Below are positions 55,954-59,661 of a DNA stretch of 59,661 nucleotides, piece after piece (the stretch's first letter is position 1; each line of letters starts with the position of its first letter). The position numbers were made by a program, and so were the translations under genes. The stretch lies in NCBI GenBank assembly GCA_049612785.1, contig JBMZBW010000003.1, forward strand, positions 1 through 59,661. Reading direction: 5' to 3'. The DNA is from Alphaproteobacteria bacterium (GTDB lineage: Bacteria > Pseudomonadota > Alphaproteobacteria > UBA7985). Under the pieces are notes generated by a model, which was given only the letters and a program-made list of their open reading frames with translations, was not told the origin of the DNA and ran no database searches.

Positions 55954-56883
55954 GTGCAACAAACACGCGTCATTTGGTCCCTTACAAGATATTTCGGCCT
56001 TTTGACACTAGTTTTTACGGCAATAATGCTAATATCGGGTATAAGTGAAGACATTCTCGCCACACCCGATAGATGGTTTGAGCGGCTCAATCGCCTTTTG
56101 GAGCCTCTTCCCGGGCTATGGTTGGCCCTCTTGCCAACCGTGTTTATGCTGTCTGTGCTGGCCACCTTCTCGCGTTTAAACCTGAGTGGTGACATTAGAA
56201 TCTGGCGAACTGCTGGGTCGTCCGCCTGGCCATTTGCAGTTTCAACCGCCTTATTTGGATTGGTCTTGGGACTGTTAATGATCGGTCCATTATGGCCATG
56301 GTCACAACCGGTAGATGTACCGACCGTTCATCATAACGACCAAGTGTTTGTTACGGGCGAAGGCGTGGAATGGACACTTGCGAACACGCAGATTGTAGAC
56401 GCGGGGAATCAACTCACCTTGCTCAATGGTCAGGACAACGTACTCCGAGGCATTCAAGACGACCTGACGGATCGTGACGGTACCATCCGCTTGTCTGCGG
56501 GGTGGCTTGCCATGCAAGGGAATGTGCGGACCTTCGACACCCTCGTCCTGTCCCCGAAACCAGTCGTCCCCGCGCTTGCCCCTCTCGCTGATCGCGTTTG
56601 GGGAGAGGACGTGGCCTACCGGCTGGCATATCCCATCGTGCTCATCGGTCTGGGTCTTCTGATGCTGCCTCTGGCGCTGAGCATCGACGGACAGCGGTTC
56701 ACCCTGATCAAAATAACGGGGGCGTGCCTGTTGGCGCTCAACGCCTTGTTTGTGTTGCTGATGACCGATGCTTTGGCGCGGGCTGGCATATGGGATGAAA
56801 CGCCCTTTTTCAGCCTGCGGGCCATCATTATTTTGGCCATCGGCTTATTGGCGCTCATCCTGATCGAAGAGCGCGCGGCATAA
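55954..56883 (+). CDS. Divergent LptF/LptG-family membrane protein
   Basis: GTG start after AAGGAAG; LLP...LATFSRL..SGD....TAGSS.W and RLAYP......L.LPL match LptF/G motifs; 3+3 TM layout around a short beta-rich region. Confidence 0.6.
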   Translation: MQQTRVIWSLTRYFGLLTLVFTAIMLISGISEDILATPDRWFERLNRLLEPLPGLWLALLPTVFMLSVLATFSRLNLSGDIRIWRTAGSSAWPFAVSTALFGLVLGLLMIGPLWPWSQPVDVPTVHHNDQVFVTGEGVEWTLANTQIVDAGNQLTLLNGQDNVLRGIQDDLTDRDGTIRLSAGWLAMQGNVRTFDTLVLSPKPVVPALAPLADRVWGEDVAYRLAYPIVLIGLGLLMLPLALSIDGQRFTLIKITGACLLALNALFVLLMTDALARAGIWDETPFFSLRAIIILAIGLLALILIEERAA

Positions 56884-57007
56884 AAAGCTGGGATACAAAC
56901 CCACCCCATCAGCACAGCGATACTCCGTGACCAAAGGTACAATTTGATCGCGTAACAATACTTCTGTATACATTATGCGATAATTTCTTAGTCGAGGTTC
57001 AGAAGTT

Positions 57008-57421
57008 ATGCCGATTGTTTCGATTTTGGTTGGTGGCATTGCGGCCTATGCGCTTGGGGTTGTCTGGTACATGGTTCTTGCCGGCCCCTGGATGAAAGCC
57101 GCCCGGTTAACTCGAGACGATATCGGCGGCGGCTCAAGCAGCGGGATGAGCGGACGAATGATGCTTACCTATGGCTTGACCTTTGCCATGTGGCTGGTTG
57201 CTTCCTTTGTGTTGCAGGTTCACTTGCTCCCTATGGCCGTTGCAGCGGGGTCGAACCCGTTTCAGGCCGTAATCGGTATGTGGGTTGCCTTCGCTTTGCT
57301 CTCTACCCTGCTTTCGACGCTCTACGGTATGCGGGGAAAGAACCTGATCTGGATTGATGCCGGTTACGTTCTTGGCGGCGCGCTACTCATCACTTCGGCA
57401 TTCACGTTTGTAGCGACTTGA
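57008..57421 (+). CDS. Four-TM membrane protein, DUF1761-like
   Basis: LGVVWY...GPWMKA and C-terminal LIWIDAGY pattern. Confidence 0.65.
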   Translation: MPIVSILVGGIAAYALGVVWYMVLAGPWMKAARLTRDDIGGGSSSGMSGRMMLTYGLTFAMWLVASFVLQVHLLPMAVAAGSNPFQAVIGMWVAFALLSTLLSTLYGMRGKNLIWIDAGYVLGGALLITSAFTFVAT

Positions 57422-57444
57422 TCCCCTAAACTCAGCTACAGACG

Positions 57445-57483
57445 TGAAAAAGCCTCCTTGCTTTCGCGAGGAGGCTTTTTTCA
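57445..57483. terminator. Bidirectional intrinsic terminator between the DUF1761-like gene and rpoC
   Basis: TGAAAAAGCCTCCTTGC-TTTC-GCGAGGAGGCTTTTTTCA with A/T runs on both sides; a second hairpin at about 57490-57516. Confidence 0.85.
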
Positions 57484-57529
57484 TGGGCAAGCTCCCCGCG
57501 GTTTGCGTGGGAGCTGGCTTTAGACAGTC

Positions 57530-59661
57530 CTAGTAGTCAGGCTGATCGCCGGTTCCCGGCAGCAGCTCTTCTGTGATCGACATAGGCCGACGCTCTGGCT
57601 GCGGTTCTTCTACCGGAGCGTCACCAAAGGATAGATCACCCGGCAGCGCAGGCTGCTCGCTGTCACCGAAGGACAGATCTGGGCCACGGCCCTTAGCCCG
57701 CTTGGCCGCATCGAGTGCTTCCATCTCGCGATCCTTTTCCTTGGCGACCTGGCGCATACGGTTAACGTAAGCCCCTGTACCCGCCGGGATCAGACGACCC
57801 ACGATCACGTTTTCCTTCAGGCCAGAAAGACCATCCATCTTGCCCGAAACAGCAGCCTCGGTCAGGACACGCGTGGTTTCCTGGAACGACGCAGCGGAGA
57901 TGAAGGAACGGGTCTGCAGGGACGCTTTGGTGATACCCAGCAGAACCGGCTTTGCGCTTGCGAGCTTGAGGCTCTCCCGCATTGCCTTTTCGTTTTCTTC
58001 TTCGAACTCTTCGCGATCGATCTGCTCACCGGCCAGCAGTGTGGTTTCGCCCGGATCGACGATTTCCACTTTCTGCAGCATCTGGCGAACCATCACCTCG
58101 ATATGCTTGTCGTTAATCTTCACGCCCTGCAGTCGGTAAACGTCCTGAATCTCGTTGATCAGGTAGTTTGCCAAGGCTTCAATGCCCAATACCTCAAGGA
58201 TATCGTGTGGCACCGGGTTACCTTCGAGCAGCAAGTCGCCTTTGCGAATAAAGTCGCCTTCCTGGACAGCCAGATGCTTACCCTTCGGGATCATGTATTC
58301 AGCCGGATCCGCGCCCTCTTCTTCCGGACGGATCACCACGCGGCGCTTGGCCTTGTAGTCGCGACCGAATTCCACGCGACCATCGATTTCAGCGATGACA
58401 GCGTGGTCCTTTGGGCGACGCGCTTCGAAGAGTTCCGCCACTCGTGGCAGACCACCGGTAATATCGCGGGTCTTGGAGCCTTCCTTTGGAATACGGGCAA
58501 GTACGTCACCCGCCTTCACTTCCTGACCCGGCTCAACCGAAAGAATAGCGTCAACGGACAGGAAGTAACGCGCTTCCATACCATTGCTCAGCTGGATCAC
58601 CTCACCGTCTTCGTCACGCAGGGTTACGCGCGGACGCAGGTTTTCACCGCGCGGCTGCTGCTTCCAGTCGGTTACAACGCGGCTGGAAATACCCGTGGTT
58701 TCGTCGGTGACTTCTTTCATGGAGATGCCTTCGACAAGCTCCATGAAGTTCACCTTACCCGGCTTCTCCGTGATGATTGGAACGGTGTACGGATCCCACT
58801 CTGCCATCTTGTCACCAGCGCGGACCATGTGGCCTTCCTTCACGGTGATACGGGAACCGTAGACCAGACGGAAGTTCGCGCGCTCGCGACCGTCATCATC
58901 AACAAGAGACAGCTCCGTATTCCGGCCCATAACAACCAGACGGCCATCACGGTCGGTTACAACGTTCGGGTTGCGGATGACGACTTTCGCATCAACTGGC
59001 GCTTCGATGGTGGACTGTTCAGAACCACCCTGTGCCGCACCACCGATGTGGAACGTACGCATGGTCAGCTGAGTGCCTGGCTCACCGATGGACTGCGCGG
59101 CAATCACACCAACCGCTTCACCCATGTTCACCGCCTCACCTCGTGCAAGGTCACGGCCATAACACTTGGCGCAGATGCCGTTCCGTGTCTCACAGGTCAA
59201 AACAGAGCGGATGACCACTTCGTCGATCTTGGAGTTATCAATGGCGTGAACATCGGCTTCGACAACCATTTCACCATCGTGCACCAGCACTTCGCCCGTT
59301 GCCGGCACGGTGATATCACCGATTGCCGTACGACCAAGGATCTGCTCGCCCAAGGATACCTTGACGTCGCCACCCTCAACAAAGGCGCGCTTGGCCAGAC
59401 CATTGGTGGTGCCACAGTCATCTTCGATAATCACAGCATCCTGAGCCACGTCCACCAGACGACGGGTCAGGTAACCGGAGTTCGCCGTCTTCAATGCTGT
59501 ATCTGTCAGACCCTTACGAGCACCGTTGGCGGAGTTGAAGTACTCCAGCGCCGTCAAACCTTCTTTAAAGTTCGAGATGATCGGCGTTTCGATGATGGTA
59601 CCGTCGGACTTTGACAGCAAACCACGCATCGCGGCTGACTGACGCATCTGGGTAATCGAGC
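57530..59661 (-). CDS. rpoC: RNA polymerase beta' subunit, C-terminal part (5' truncated by window edge)
   Basis: [70 protein letters not shown]. Confidence 0.99.
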   Translation of the reverse strand, partial: SITQMRQSAAMRGLLSKSDGTIIETPIISNFKEGLTALEYFNSANGARKGLTDTALKTANSGYLTRRLVDVAQDAVIIEDDCGTTNGLAKRAFVEGGDVKVSLGEQILGRTAIGDITVPATGEVLVHDGEMVVEADVHAIDNSKIDEVVIRSVLTCETRNGICAKCYGRDLARGEAVNMGEAVGVIAAQSIGEPGTQLTMRTFHIGGAAQGGSEQSTIEAPVDAKVVIRNPNVVTDRDGRLVVMGRNTELSLVDDDGRERANFRLVYGSRITVKEGHMVRAGDKMAEWDPYTVPIITEKPGKVNFMELVEGISMKEVTDETTGISSRVVTDWKQQPRGENLRPRVTLRDEDGEVIQLSNGMEARYFLSVDAILSVEPGQEVKAGDVLARIPKEGSKTRDITGGLPRVAELFEARRPKDHAVIAEIDGRVEFGRDYKAKRRVVIRPEEEGADPAEYMIPKGKHLAVQEGDFIRKGDLLLEGNPVPHDILEVLGIEALANYLINEIQDVYRLQGVKINDKHIEVMVRQMLQKVEIVDPGETTLLAGEQIDREEFEEENEKAMRESLKLASAKPVLLGITKASLQTRSFISAASFQETTRVLTEAAVSGKMDGLSGLKENVIVGRLIPAGTGAYVNRMRQVAKEKDREMEALDAAKRAKGRGPDLSFGDSEQPALPGDLSFGDAPVEEPQPERRPMSITEELLPGTGDQPDY

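Noticed and set aside
58103-59614. 503-aa ORF antisense to rpoC
   Set aside because: In-register antisense frame, typical of strongly codon-biased genes; no independent evidence

Overview
Core-chromosome segment of an alphaproteobacterium (judged from gene order, alphaproteobacterial-type LexA/CtrA/GANTC motifs, a long-linker FtsZ and the NDUFA12-mlaD pair). In order: 3' end of mgtE; class II B12-dependent ribonucleotide reductase nrdJ with a long upstream region; NDUFA12-mlaD-alpha/beta hydrolase-tyrS; biotin carboxylase (PccA-like); djlA; RNase P RNA; a dcw cluster lacking mraZ (rsmH-ftsL-ftsI-murE-murF-mraY-murD-ftsW-murG-murC-murB-ddl-ftsQ-ftsA-ftsZ-lpxC-bamD-recN-ligA); prmA, uvrD, an M14 desuccinylase, ClC, thioesterase, gor, SRAP, glmU-glmS, GNAT, Sua5/TsaC, FAD oxidoreductase; a small accessory block (M23 lipoprotein, orphan TAXI receptor, tRNA m6A methylase, unknown 136-aa ORF, msrA, Lrp, orphan LptF/G-like protein, DUF1761-like protein); and the 3' part of rpoC. 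I saw no mobile element, CRISPR array, tRNA, rRNA or defence island, and I cannot support a claim of a new multi-gene system. The best leads are regulatory or single-residue: (i) the nrdJ upstream region, with tandem NrdR boxes, a perfect DnaA box, a perfect alphaproteobacterial LexA box and a ~460-nt hairpin-rich leader; (ii) a conserved alpha/beta hydrolase whose nucleophile Ser is replaced by Asp; (iii) a CtrA box in the place where mraZ normally sits; (iv) GANTC clusters and a recurrent ATTATGCG intergenic motif; (v) orphan envelope paralogues near rpoC. All assignments come from motif recognition by eye; no database searches were run.
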